A DNA stretch of 64,000 nt, from positions 12,341-76,340 of the forward strand of contig CAZZPE010000007.1 in the NCBI GenBank assembly GCA_964655855.1, in the 5' to 3' direction. Position 1 is the first letter of the stretch. The number at the start of each line of letters is the position of its first letter. This document shows positions 9,216 to 18,649 of the stretch, piece after piece. The DNA comes from an uncultured Bifidobacteriaceae bacterium (GTDB taxonomy: Bacteria; Verrucomicrobiota; Verrucomicrobiia; Limisphaerales; UBA11358). Under the pieces are notes generated by a model. It was given only the letters and a program-made list of their open reading frames with translations. It was not told the origin of the DNA and ran no database searches. A program made the position numbers and the translations under genes.

Positions 9216-11939
9216 TTATATCGCCAGTTTTACGCGCCTGGCTTTCCCGGAATAGCGAATCTCGAGATCCGCCTTTTCGCTCGGTTCGATTCCCACGCCG
9301 TGGCCTGGCTCGACCAGCACCACCCGAAACATGCGTTCGTTCAACATGCCCGGAAACCGCCCCTCCCGTTTGCCGAGGGTGATCGTTTTGGTTTTGTCGT
9401 TCCAAGTGAACAGAATGGTTGTGTATTCGCCTTTTTCGTAGTTGTCGTTCACTCCTTCGTCCTCATAGAGCGTGAACTTGCCGTTCGAGCCGGGATAAAT
9501 TCTCAATTCAATGGGGCTGGCCGGTTTCTGGCCGGTGTATTGTTCCTCCGGCCCGAGCGGAAGAATGGAACCAGCGCGAACATGCAGCGGAATTTGTCCG
9601 AGCGGCGCGGCGGCTTTCACCGTTTGTCCGCCCGCCATCTTTTCTCCCGTCCAGAAATCAATCCAGCCGCCGTCGTTCTTCGGCAGATACACAGGCCAAT
9701 TCGTCGCGCTGCCTTCCAACACCGGCGAAACCAGAAAGGCCGGCCCGAACATATATTCATACTTCTGGTCGAGGGCCGTTGCATCGCCGGGGAAATCCAT
9801 GACGAGCGGACGCATCAAGGTTGAGCCGTCAAACGTCACCCGCGCCGCCTGACTGTAAATGTAAGGCAACAACCGATAGCGCAAATCCAAGTAACGATGC
9901 GCCTGATCCTCCACGTTGGTGCCAAAGCGCCAGAACTCGGTGTCCGTCCGGTAGCCATGCACACGCTGAAGCGGACAGAACGTCGCATATTCAAACCAGC
10001 GGATAAAAAGCTCCTGATAGCCCGCGTCCGTGTATTGGCCGGACGGACGGAAAAATCCGCCACAGTCGGTCGTCCAATACGGCAACCCGGCAGCCATGTA
10101 ATCCAGGCCGGCGGGAATCTGGCGGCGCAGCGTTTCCCAGTCACTGCCGATGTCGCCCGACCAGGTCGCCGCCGCGTAACGCTGTTCACCGGAAAAGGCA
10201 CTGCGGGTCAGGATGAAAACGCGCTTGTCGGGTGCATCCCGACGCTGGCCCTCGTAAACTGTCTTTGTGACGAATAGCGGATAGATGTCGCGCACTTTTT
10301 CACCGGGTCCGAGAAATGTCCGGCGACCGGCCACATCGTCATTCTCGGGTTCCGTCGCATCCTGCCACCACGCATCAATGCCGAGCGAAAGCAACCCCTT
10401 GCTGAAGTTGCTCCAGTAAAGCGCGGCTGCGTCCGGATTGAAGAAATCCACCCATTGCGTGCCGGGGATGAAATAATTCCCGGCGACGAACTGTTTTCCG
10501 ACCTCGGAGTTCGTGCCGATTTTCGACCAGACCGAAACCATGAGCCGCGCGCCCACCCCATGAAGCTCACGCACCATCGCGGCGGGATCGGGATAAAACT
10601 TCTCGTCGAACCGCATCGCGTTCCAGCCATATCTGCCCCAGTATTGCCAATCCTGGACAATTAGATCCATCGGCAAACCGCGCCGGCGAAATTCGGCGGC
10701 GGTGTCGAGGATTTCCTGCTGCGATTTGAAACGTTCGCGGCAATGGATGTAACCGTAGGTCCATTCCGGCATCAACGGCGCCGGGCCGGTGAGTTTACGA
10801 TAGGCGCCAATCACCTCGTCCGCGTTGCCGGCGAAGACGACGTAATCAATGGCATCAGCCACAGGGGAGCGCAATACGGTTTCATCCTGTGCGGGGCGGA
10901 AGAAAATCACCGGCTGGTCATTGTTCTCGCCGCTGACTTTGACGGTGTGCTCGCCGGTCGCAAGGTCCATGTGCCAGCTGGTCGTCGGCGGCAGCCAGTG
11001 ATTGATGAAGTCAATCACGGGTTTCCCGTCCACTTCGACATACCAGCGTCGCGCCATCTTCTGGCCGATGTCCAGCATGAAGGCGTAACGGCCCGCCTGC
11101 GGCACGGAGAATCGTCCGGTGAATTCGCCCGGCTTGCGCGTCTCCTTTTTTGCGCCCTCGGTGGTGGTGACTTCAACCACTGTCGCCTTGCCCCCGGCTT
11201 CGCCGGCCGTCAGATTGATTTTCTCATCGGCGGGATTCAATTCCGTCAAACCGTAATTGTGCCAGAGCAATCCATAGCCTTTGCTCGACAGCAAAAAGGG
11301 GATTGAAATCTGGGAATTGACCTGCGTCAACCGGCGCGGCAGGTCGCGGATATCAAGCTGGCCGTCCTGAAACTGGCCGGAACCGAACAGGTGTTCGTCT
11401 GGAGGTGAAAGAAAGGCTTCCGTGACCGCCAATGTCGGCTCATCTTGAACGGACGACGGCTGGATCGAACGCGCGCCCGGTTTTTCCGCCAGGAGCAGTT
11501 TGCCGCTTGCATCCTGAAAGTTGAGCGCACCGGTGCTCCGATCCACGACCACTTTCATTTTGGCGGTGGAAACCGTGATTGAACCTCGTGATTCCTCAAG
11601 CTCGAACTTGGGAGCAGGAACTTTTTCAGTGAGCAAGAGACTCGGCGACTCCGGCGTCTCTCCATCACTGACGCGAATGCGAACGGCGTTGTCGGCGAGA
11701 GGACGGATGATCAGCCGATTTTTTTGAAGCGCGATTTCCACTTCGGTGTCGTGTCTGGCCACGATCTTTACGCCTGATTCCCCGGCGCCAGCGCTCAAGC
11801 AGATAAGCATTGCCCAAACGAAACCAACGGCAACGCAACAGGGAAATTGCAAAGGCAAGTGTGGTGTGAAATTCTTGCCGAGCATTGCCGGATCCGGCTT
11901 TGCCAAAGGCGTGTTGATCAAATTAAATGAGCGTTCCAT
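9216..11939 (-). CDS. GH31 alpha-xylosidase/alpha-glucosidase with a PA14-like insert
   Basis: 907 aa with GH31 motifs (DAWWQDATEPE, WSGDIGSDWETLRRQI, RVFILTRSAF). Signal-like segment CCVAVGFVWAMLICLSAGA. An alternative start (M19) lies at 11885. Confidence 0.8.
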   Translation of the reverse strand: MERSFNLINTPLAKPDPAMLGKNFTPHLPLQFPCCVAVGFVWAMLICLSAGAGESGVKIVARHDTEVEIALQKNRLIIRPLADNAVRIRVSDGETPESPSLLLTEKVPAPKFELEESRGSITVSTAKMKVVVDRSTGALNFQDASGKLLLAEKPGARSIQPSSVQDEPTLAVTEAFLSPPDEHLFGSGQFQDGQLDIRDLPRRLTQVNSQISIPFLLSSKGYGLLWHNYGLTELNPADEKINLTAGEAGGKATVVEVTTTEGAKKETRKPGEFTGRFSVPQAGRYAFMLDIGQKMARRWYVEVDGKPVIDFINHWLPPTTSWHMDLATGEHTVKVSGENNDQPVIFFRPAQDETVLRSPVADAIDYVVFAGNADEVIGAYRKLTGPAPLMPEWTYGYIHCRERFKSQQEILDTAAEFRRRGLPMDLIVQDWQYWGRYGWNAMRFDEKFYPDPAAMVRELHGVGARLMVSVWSKIGTNSEVGKQFVAGNYFIPGTQWVDFFNPDAAALYWSNFSKGLLSLGIDAWWQDATEPENDDVAGRRTFLGPGEKVRDIYPLFVTKTVYEGQRRDAPDKRVFILTRSAFSGEQRYAAATWSGDIGSDWETLRRQIPAGLDYMAAGLPYWTTDCGGFFRPSGQYTDAGYQELFIRWFEYATFCPLQRVHGYRTDTEFWRFGTNVEDQAHRYLDLRYRLLPYIYSQAARVTFDGSTLMRPLVMDFPGDATALDQKYEYMFGPAFLVSPVLEGSATNWPVYLPKNDGGWIDFWTGEKMAGGQTVKAAAPLGQIPLHVRAGSILPLGPEEQYTGQKPASPIELRIYPGSNGKFTLYEDEGVNDNYEKGEYTTILFTWNDKTKTITLGKREGRFPGMLNERMFRVVLVEPGHGVGIEPSEKADLEIRYSGKARRVKLAI

Positions 11940-11943
11940 TTTA

Positions 11944-12237
11944 TTACAAGTTCGATGAGTGCCGTTTCCCGTTGATGGTGCCGCAACCGGTCAACATGGC
12001 GCCGGATTCGATTTGCACCATGTTGCCGTGATCGGTGGTGACGGATTCGCCCCAAAACCACCATGCCGTCAGCTTGGATGCGCCCGGCGGCGCAATAAAA
12101 TTGCGTTCCAATGGATCGGTGGCATGGGTCACTATGTCGCCAAAAACGCAGGGAGCTGCTGTTATCAAGATGGCCATACATGCAGCGGAAGTCAGCCAAC
12201 TGCGCAACCGGCTACTCATGCCAATGGATAGTTTCAC
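11944..12237 (-). pseudogene. Truncated N-terminal remnant of a paralog of the GH106-like gene at 823..4161
   Basis: The 97-aa ORF reads ERNFIAPPGASKLTAWWFWGESVTTDHG, against EQNFISPPSASKPAAWWFWGESVTTDHG in the full gene. There is a 44-bp exact DNA identity (12025-12068 = 3967-4010), and homology stops abruptly at 12024/12025. ATGA overlap with the upstream gene stop. Confidence 0.7.
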
Positions 12238-14474
12238 AAATTACCTCCATTCTTGCTGGCCGAATTTGTCATGAAGCGGGCGCTGCCGGTGACGGGATCA
12301 ATTTCAATGGGCAGGCCCGGCTTCATTCCCGGCCGCTTGTGGCCGATGGCCGTCAACCAGGCATCTTTCCAAACGGTCTGGTCTTTCTGGTCCTGGTGTA
12401 GAATGTCTTCTCCATTCGGATAGCGGGACATCAATTCGTCAATGCTTCCGGCCGTCGCGGCGTCTTTTGCACCCTGGTAAAGCAGGATTTGTTGCGCCAT
12501 GAGCCAATGGCCCAAGTCGCCCGGATGGATGCCGTCACGGGTCAAAGCAAAAGTCACGTTTGTCTCGCGCTCGGCGGCCAGATATTGCTTCATTGGAAAA
12601 TGCAAGTCCGCCACGTCCCATCCGTTGGTGCGTTGGGCAATGAGCCAAGCGGAGTAACGGTCCAGCACCTCGGCGTAGCCCGGATGTCCGCCTTTGGCCT
12701 CGTCAAAAACCGGCGGGGTGACGTGAATGATCCTGACGCCGGATTTTTCAACTTGTGAGTGCAGCCATTCGATTCCGTCCTGAAACAGCTTGAACCGGGT
12801 TTCGTCGAACGGCTGATAAATTCCGTCGTTCATGCCGTAACAGGCAAAAACCAAATCAGGTTTGGTCTTGTCGAGCACACGCGCCAGCCGCTCATGCAAA
12901 TCGGGACGCGGAAATTTTCCACCCGCGTGCCCCGGCTCGGAAAGGCCCGAAACGGTTTCGCTCGGCAGCCCAACGTTGATGAATTCCATCTTGCGATCCG
13001 GAAACCGCGCATGTTCATACGCCGCGACATCTTCCACATATTGACCCGCATAAGTGATGCTGTCGCCGAGGAACACAACCCGCTTGATATTCGGTGCAAA
13101 TAAACTGGTTTCAATGGGCTTCGGCACTTTCATCGCAGGGATTTTCAGTGTGTCGCCATCAACTGTGAGGGCGATGACTGTGTCCACCGGCTTGCGATCA
13201 TTTTCGGGAACAGAAATTTCCAGCCCGGCATCCGATTGTTTCACGTCAGCCTTGCCACCGTCGAGCACGCGACTGCTCAAAACTTTCAATGGCAGTGGCG
13301 GGAATTTCAGCGTCGCGCCGGCCCACTTCAAAATATGAAGGTAAATCGTTCTGTCGCGTCGCGTCGAACCGCCATAATCGCCGGGCTTGAACGGCCCGCC
13401 GCGCGTGCCGTAAATGCTTTCGCCGTTCGTCGCCAGCCATTGCCCCATTGCGAGCAACGGTTTGGCTTGTTCATCCGGAATGACGCCCAAAGAATCCGGG
13501 CCGACATCGAGCAAAAGGTTGCCGTCGCCGGTCGCGCAATTGACCAGCGTCCGCAAAGCCTCTTCGACTGACTTCACTTTGCCATCGGGCCGATACGACC
13601 AGCCGCCATGCTTCACGGTGATGAGGGTGATGCAAGATTCCCAAGGCCGCGTGTCATTGTAGCTGCCAAGCTTTTGTTCGGGCGTGTCGAAATCACCACG
13701 CGATTCCGGCGGATTGTTGGTGGCGCGCAGCGCGGCAAGACGGTTGTTGATGACGATTTGCGGCTGAAGCGATTTGATGAGCGTCCACGTTTCGGGAATC
13801 CTCCAGAACGCCAACGGATCGCCGCGACCGTAGCTGTCGAACCACAAAACATCCACCCGCCCGTAGTTCGTCAGCAACTCGCTCAACTGGCCATTCATGT
13901 AGTCAACATACTTTTCGTTATCGCCAATGCCGTAATCCGGCTCGTGCCAATCTCGCGGCGAATAATAAATACCGAAACGCAACCCTTCAGCGTGACAAGC
14001 CTCGGCCAATTCCTTCACCACGTCGCGATGAAACGGCGTGTGCATGATGGAATAATCCGTGAGCTTCGTGTCCCACATGCAAAAGCCGCCGTGATGCTTC
14101 GCGGTGAAGACCAGATATTTCATCCCGGCTGCCTTTGCGAGCCGCACCCACGCCTTCGCGTCAAAGTTGGTCGGATTGAAATTTTTGTAAAGATTGTCAT
14201 AAACCGGATCCGCAACGTAACCAGCCGGATCGCTTCCATTGTCCAATGGTCGCGAGCCATTGCGCGACCAACTGATTTCTGTGCCGGCGACACTCGACAT
14301 GTCCCAGTGGATGAACATCCCGAACCGCGCTTCGCGCCACCAAGCCGTGCGGGCGTCGCGTTGCGCCGGCGTTTCGGGAAAGTCATTCGTGGCTGCAAGA
14401 CTTGAAAATGACACAAGCACAAACGCCGCAGCGATAATCACAGTCCGTGTCATGGAAAACTTTTTTTGGTTCAT
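12234..14474 (-). CDS. GH29 alpha-L-fucosidase fused to a C-terminal SGNH/GDSL hydrolase domain
   Basis: GH29 motifs: WWREARFGMFIHWD, KYLVFTAKHHGGFCMWDT, GRVDVLWFD. SGNH blocks in the C-terminal ~290 aa: VVFLGDSITYAG, FACYGMNDG, DGIHPGDLGH. A signal peptide is present. Confidence 0.8.
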   Translation of the reverse strand: MNQKKFSMTRTVIIAAAFVLVSFSSLAATNDFPETPAQRDARTAWWREARFGMFIHWDMSSVAGTEISWSRNGSRPLDNGSDPAGYVADPVYDNLYKNFNPTNFDAKAWVRLAKAAGMKYLVFTAKHHGGFCMWDTKLTDYSIMHTPFHRDVVKELAEACHAEGLRFGIYYSPRDWHEPDYGIGDNEKYVDYMNGQLSELLTNYGRVDVLWFDSYGRGDPLAFWRIPETWTLIKSLQPQIVINNRLAALRATNNPPESRGDFDTPEQKLGSYNDTRPWESCITLITVKHGGWSYRPDGKVKSVEEALRTLVNCATGDGNLLLDVGPDSLGVIPDEQAKPLLAMGQWLATNGESIYGTRGGPFKPGDYGGSTRRDRTIYLHILKWAGATLKFPPLPLKVLSSRVLDGGKADVKQSDAGLEISVPENDRKPVDTVIALTVDGDTLKIPAMKVPKPIETSLFAPNIKRVVFLGDSITYAGQYVEDVAAYEHARFPDRKMEFINVGLPSETVSGLSEPGHAGGKFPRPDLHERLARVLDKTKPDLVFACYGMNDGIYQPFDETRFKLFQDGIEWLHSQVEKSGVRIIHVTPPVFDEAKGGHPGYAEVLDRYSAWLIAQRTNGWDVADLHFPMKQYLAAERETNVTFALTRDGIHPGDLGHWLMAQQILLYQGAKDAATAGSIDELMSRYPNGEDILHQDQKDQTVWKDAWLTAIGHKRPGMKPGLPIEIDPVTGSARFMTNSASKNGGNL

Positions 14475-14508
14475 TTTGCGATAGAAGAAAGTTTTTTGCT
14501 TTTTAGTT

Positions 14509-15630
14509 TTATTTCAAATTGATTTTCATCACATAGCTCTCGGGTGTTTCGCCGCCGTTAAGATTAAATCCCGATGCGCCGTAAAAATACGCCGGCCTGC
14601 CATTGAGCATCAAAATGCCGGGACGCTCAAACTTGAAATCTCGCCCGTAAAGTTTGCGCACTTTGGACAAGTCCACATTCTTGGCGTAGTTCGTCGAATG
14701 CAGGAAGCCAATCTCAGCATCCGCCAGCGCGAAGTTGGTTGGCGTATCCGAACGCCACAAAAGACCGGCACCGGGAATGCCCGTGTGTGTGCCATAATTG
14801 TCGTCGGTCAGCAGGCAGATTTTTTTGTCCCAGATGAACGCGGTCGCGTCTTCAATCTTTGCCTTGTTTTCCGTGCACCAATGGTCACCGATGCGATAAG
14901 GTCCTTCCGGCTGGTCCGCCACGGCGTAGGCGTAGGCGTAGCTGAGAATCTGGCCGTTATGTTTTCCACCGTGAAAATAAATGTAATATTTTCCGCCATA
15001 AGCCAGAAATGTCGGGTTGGTGCATTGCCAATCGCCAAATGACCAGTGGTTCGTGTCGGACGACGGCATGAAGAGCGGATGGTCAGCCGTGAGATTTTTC
15101 CACGGCCCATCGGGTGAATCGGCGACGCACAGGCCGATGTAATTCGGCGTTATGCCCGCGGCTAAAAACGCACTCGGCCGGCGATCAAAAGAAATGTAGA
15201 GCAGCAAATATTTGTCCCCCACGCGTTCAATCGCCGGATTGTGAATGGTGTTGTTCCAGAGCGCGTCCGGCTGCGCGGAAACTGCGACGTCATGAAATTT
15301 GAACGGCCCCTCCGGTCTGTCACCGACATAATGGGCGATCTCGCAATGCGTCCGCCAGCCGTCCATTTTGTAAATCTTGGGCCAGCGCGAGCAGTAGAGA
15401 TGAATTTTGCCATCCGGCCCGGCAATCGGCGAGGTGCACCAGACATAATAATCCGGCTCGCTGACGGCGACCCCGACCCATTCCATGGATTTGGCCAGTT
15501 CGGAAACCCGGGTGACCGGCGGCGTTCGTTTTGAGTCGGGAGATGTTGTGAAAGTCTGCACATTCGTGGACGCAGCGATAACAGAAGCAGCCGTCAGGAC
15601 CAGCACGCAGAAAAGAGCTTCTGTTTTCAT
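14509..15630 (-). CDS. Secreted beta-propeller glycoside hydrolase (GH43-like, clan GH-F type)
   Basis: The ORF extends to 15672; the likely start is MKTEALFCVLVLTAASVIAAS at 15630. Blade-like motifs: NPAIERVGDKYLLLY, GGKYYIYFHGG, KICLLTDDNYG. The family call is tentative. Confidence 0.45.
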   Translation of the reverse strand: MKTEALFCVLVLTAASVIAASTNVQTFTTSPDSKRTPPVTRVSELAKSMEWVGVAVSEPDYYVWCTSPIAGPDGKIHLYCSRWPKIYKMDGWRTHCEIAHYVGDRPEGPFKFHDVAVSAQPDALWNNTIHNPAIERVGDKYLLLYISFDRRPSAFLAAGITPNYIGLCVADSPDGPWKNLTADHPLFMPSSDTNHWSFGDWQCTNPTFLAYGGKYYIYFHGGKHNGQILSYAYAYAVADQPEGPYRIGDHWCTENKAKIEDATAFIWDKKICLLTDDNYGTHTGIPGAGLLWRSDTPTNFALADAEIGFLHSTNYAKNVDLSKVRKLYGRDFKFERPGILMLNGRPAYFYGASGFNLNGGETPESYVMKINLK

Positions 15631-15706
15631 CGGTAAAGAAAAATACATCGGCGGCGAGATGCTGTCTTGCAATTATGTTCAGCGAAGGATATTGAACATT
15701 TTACCC

Positions 15707-16735
15707 ATGACGGTTGAACCCATCTATCGGGCTGGCCGGACGCAGTTGCGAATTGACACCTGCGCGCCGCAGTTTGCCGCCATGCGCGGCGGAAAAATCA
15801 AGCTGCACGCGCTGACCAGGGGGCATTACCCCGGCATTTTTCTCAAGCCCGCCGAACTGCCGGGCATCAACAGCATCGGCTTTTGGAACGGCACCAGCAC
15901 CCAGGATTGGGGGCTTGAACCGCACCGGAATGAAGGCATCGAAATCGTTTTTCTGGAAACCGGCGCGATGGCATTTTCCGTCGAGGCGAAGCCATTTCAA
16001 CTTCGTGCCGGCCATTTCACGGTGACCCGCCCGTGGCAGTTGCACCGGCTCGGCGCGCCGAACATCGGGCCGGGAAAACTCCACTGGCTCATCCTCGATG
16101 TCGGTGTGCGTCGCCCGAATCAGGATTGGCGCTGGCCGCGTTGGCTCACGCTGACCGCCGCCGACCGGGGCGAGCTGACACGAAAACTGCGGCAAAACGA
16201 GAATCCGGTCTGGGATTCCTCGCCCGAAATTGCCGCCGCCTTTCGCGGGTTGTCCGACGGCGTGCTGCGCTGGCGCGAGCCGCACATCGAATCGCGGATG
16301 CTCGTCCTGCTGAACCAGCTTCTCCTTGGCATTCTTACCGCCCTCACCGAACAGCAAAAGCAGCGCAACCCCGACCTCATTTCGCGCCAGCGCACGGTGG
16401 AATTATTTCTACGCGACCTCGCCGCGAACGCCGCCAGCAGCAGCCAGCCTTGGACGCTGCAAAAAATGGCGGCGCACTGCGGCATGGGCATCACCGTGTT
16501 TTCAAAATACTGCCGCGCACTTGTGAACAACGGCCCGGTCGAATACTTGAACCGCTGCCGGCTCAACCGCGCCGCGCAGCAGCTCGATGAAAATCCGGAA
16601 CTGCCGGTGACAGAAATCGGCTTGCAGAACGGCTTCAATTCCAGTCAATACTTCGCCACGGTGTTTCGCCGGCGTTTCAAGCAAACGCCCCGCGCTTACC
16701 GGGGAAACCGGAAGCGCCCGGCACAGGCCTTTTGA
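15707..16735 (+). CDS. AraC-family transcriptional regulator (cupin-like sensor plus HTH)
   Basis: ATG at 15707 (MTVEPIY), chosen because the longer ORF from 15485 overlaps the divergent GH gene. C-terminal AraC HTH motif: LQNGFNSSQYFATVFRRRFKQTPRAYR. Divergent from the CAZyme cluster. Confidence 0.8.
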   Translation: MTVEPIYRAGRTQLRIDTCAPQFAAMRGGKIKLHALTRGHYPGIFLKPAELPGINSIGFWNGTSTQDWGLEPHRNEGIEIVFLETGAMAFSVEAKPFQLRAGHFTVTRPWQLHRLGAPNIGPGKLHWLILDVGVRRPNQDWRWPRWLTLTAADRGELTRKLRQNENPVWDSSPEIAAAFRGLSDGVLRWREPHIESRMLVLLNQLLLGILTALTEQQKQRNPDLISRQRTVELFLRDLAANAASSSQPWTLQKMAAHCGMGITVFSKYCRALVNNGPVEYLNRCRLNRAAQQLDENPELPVTEIGLQNGFNSSQYFATVFRRRFKQTPRAYRGNRKRPAQAF

Positions 16736-16834
16736 GACGGCTTTCCCCAAAGCGCGTCCATTGGCGTCACCCGCTCAACATTCATTTATTTGTGAAATGT
16801 AAAGCCTGCGGAGCTTGTCCCATTTGGCCGGCAA

Positions 16835-16864
16835 CCCGCGGTTGAAACCGCGGGCTGTTTTCTT
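16835..16864 (+). terminator. Rho-independent terminator candidate after the AraC gene
   Basis: Stem cccgcgg / loop ttgaaa / ccgcggg, followed by ctgttttctt. Confidence 0.55.
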
Positions 16865-16934
16865 GCGCCTCGACGAGGCGGCGATTGTGCCAATGTCAAT
16901 TGAAACTGTTCCGCCGGCAGAAATTGCAATTTTA

Positions 16935-17744
16935 TCACGCCGCTTGCCGCCGGATTGCGCCATCCGCCTCCATTCTGGCGACGAGCGGGAAAACGTCGCG
17001 TTGCAGGCAGAACGCCACGTCGTCGCGCAGTTCTGGAATTGCCAGCAGCCGCCGTGCGTTCGTGGAAGTCTGAAACGCGCCCGCCACATCCGCCTTTGCC
17101 TGCGCCCACGCGCGCCGGGCGATTTCTGCTGAATCAGATGTTTTGGCAGGGACGGCGCGCTGCGCCGTCCGGTTATCGCAGCGCGATGACCCTGCCTCCA
17201 GCAATTCGCACAGCGCGCCCGCCGCCAGCGCGTCCTCCAGTGCCGCGTCTTCGTGCGTGCCGGCGCAGACGAGCAGCACCTCCGCCGGCTGAAGCTTTCT
17301 GATGAATTCCGCCGTCGCGCCGAGATTCAAAAAGGAACCGGCCAGAACCGTCTTTGCGCCCGCGCAGGCGCGCAAGGCGCGGGTGCCGTTCGTCGTGGTG
17401 GAAACAATCGTCCGGCCGCGCACCATTTCGGGCGTGCATTCGCGCGGCGAATTGCCGAGGTCAAAATCAATTCCGCCGGTCTGCGCGGCACGGATTTTCA
17501 CGCCGCCCCGCTCGCCACCGAGTAAAATGGTTTCTGCTTTCCGCTTTCCGCTTTCCGCTTTCTTGAAAGCCAGCGCCTCGGCGATTTCGCTGACCGGAAC
17601 GACGGCCGTCGCGCCGTTGTGGAGCGCGGTCACAATCGTGCTCGTGGCGCGCAGCACGTCGAACACGACGCAGCACGTTTCGCGCAAATCGCGCCGGGCG
17701 AGCGCGGGCAGTTCCGCCGGCGTCAGGATGGTTTCAATTTTCAT
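16935..17744 (-). CDS. comB: 2-phosphosulfolactate phosphatase family protein
   Basis: ComB motifs: CVVFDVLRATSTIVTALHNGA, LLGGERGG, FDLGNSPRE. Contains an in-frame heptamer repeat at 17531-17564. Confidence 0.75.
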   Translation of the reverse strand: MKIETILTPAELPALARRDLRETCCVVFDVLRATSTIVTALHNGATAVVPVSEIAEALAFKKAESGKRKAETILLGGERGGVKIRAAQTGGIDFDLGNSPRECTPEMVRGRTIVSTTTNGTRALRACAGAKTVLAGSFLNLGATAEFIRKLQPAEVLLVCAGTHEDAALEDALAAGALCELLEAGSSRCDNRTAQRAVPAKTSDSAEIARRAWAQAKADVAGAFQTSTNARRLLAIPELRDDVAFCLQRDVFPLVARMEADGAIRRQAA

Positions 17745-17761
17745 TGTTTCTCACGCAAAAG

Positions 17762-18649
17762 CTATTTCATTTTCGTCCTCATGTAATGGAAAAGATATTG
17801 CTGGGCGTAACCGGCGTGCGGCCCGAAGTGCGTGGCGGCAAATTGGCGGAGGCGTTTTTCCGTGGGGCGGCGGCGCGGAAAATAAAGCTGCCGCAGCGCG
17901 CGCCCAATCCACACATCCACCGGAAACGCGGCGTCGAAGCCGCAGGCGAACAGCAGCACGCAATCGGCGATTTTTCCGCCGACGCCGCGCAGTCGCATCA
18001 ATTCCGCGCGAGCTTCGGAACAATTCAGTTCGCGGATTTTTTCCAAATCCAGTCTGCCTTCGGCGACCTGCCGCGCGGCGGCGAGCAGGTGCGGCGCGCG
18101 AAAGCCCATTTTGCAGGCCCGCAGTTCGGCTTCGGTCGCGGCGGCGATTTTATCCGGTGGTGGAAATGCGAATTGTAGAGTTCGGCCTGTGGCCGAATCG
18201 GGTCGAGCCGCAGGCTCGACGCTACAACAATTGATTGGTTCCCCGAACCGCTCGCAAAGCAGGCCGATGATTTGCCGGATTTGGACGATTTGCTTGGTTG
18301 AGGACAAAATGAACGACGCGAGGCATTCCCACGGTTCCTGCCGCAGCAGGCGCAATCCGCGGCATGCGGCGACGGCGTTTCTCATCGGCTCGTCGTCGGG
18401 AAAAGTTTTGAGCACGGCGGGCATATCCGTTTCGGTCTGGAGAAAATCGCGGAGCCATTGCCAGTCGGCAACCGGCGCGGCGGTTTCGGCGCGGATGCCG
18501 CCGGGTGTCTGGGTGAGCCGGACAAAATGTTTTCCGACGATGCCTTCCCAGGAATCCCCATTTTGCCGCCAGCGGAAAACCTGGCCGGAGTCGAGCGTCG
18601 CGGCCAAATCGTAATCGCGGACGCGCAGGAGGATTTCCGTCGCGGCCAT
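17762..18649 (-). CDS. ogg: 8-oxoguanine DNA glycosylase / HhH-GPD family
   Basis: N-terminal LDSGQVFRW (OGG_N-like). HhH-GPD motif LRGVGGKIADCVLLFACGFDAAFPVDVWI. Confidence 0.75.
   Translation of the reverse strand: MAATEILLRVRDYDLAATLDSGQVFRWRQNGDSWEGIVGKHFVRLTQTPGGIRAETAAPVADWQWLRDFLQTETDMPAVLKTFPDDEPMRNAVAACRGLRLLRQEPWECLASFILSSTKQIVQIRQIIGLLCERFGEPINCCSVEPAARPDSATGRTLQFAFPPPDKIAAATEAELRACKMGFRAPHLLAAARQVAEGRLDLEKIRELNCSEARAELMRLRGVGGKIADCVLLFACGFDAAFPVDVWIGRALRQLYFPRRRPTEKRLRQFAATHFGPHAGYAQQYLFHYMRTKMK

Noticed and set aside
15485-15706. N-terminal extension of the AraC regulator ORF (start at 15485)
   Set aside because: The extension overlaps the 5' end of the divergent GH43-like gene and has no regulator-like sequence. 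The ATG at 15707 gives a normal-length AraC protein.
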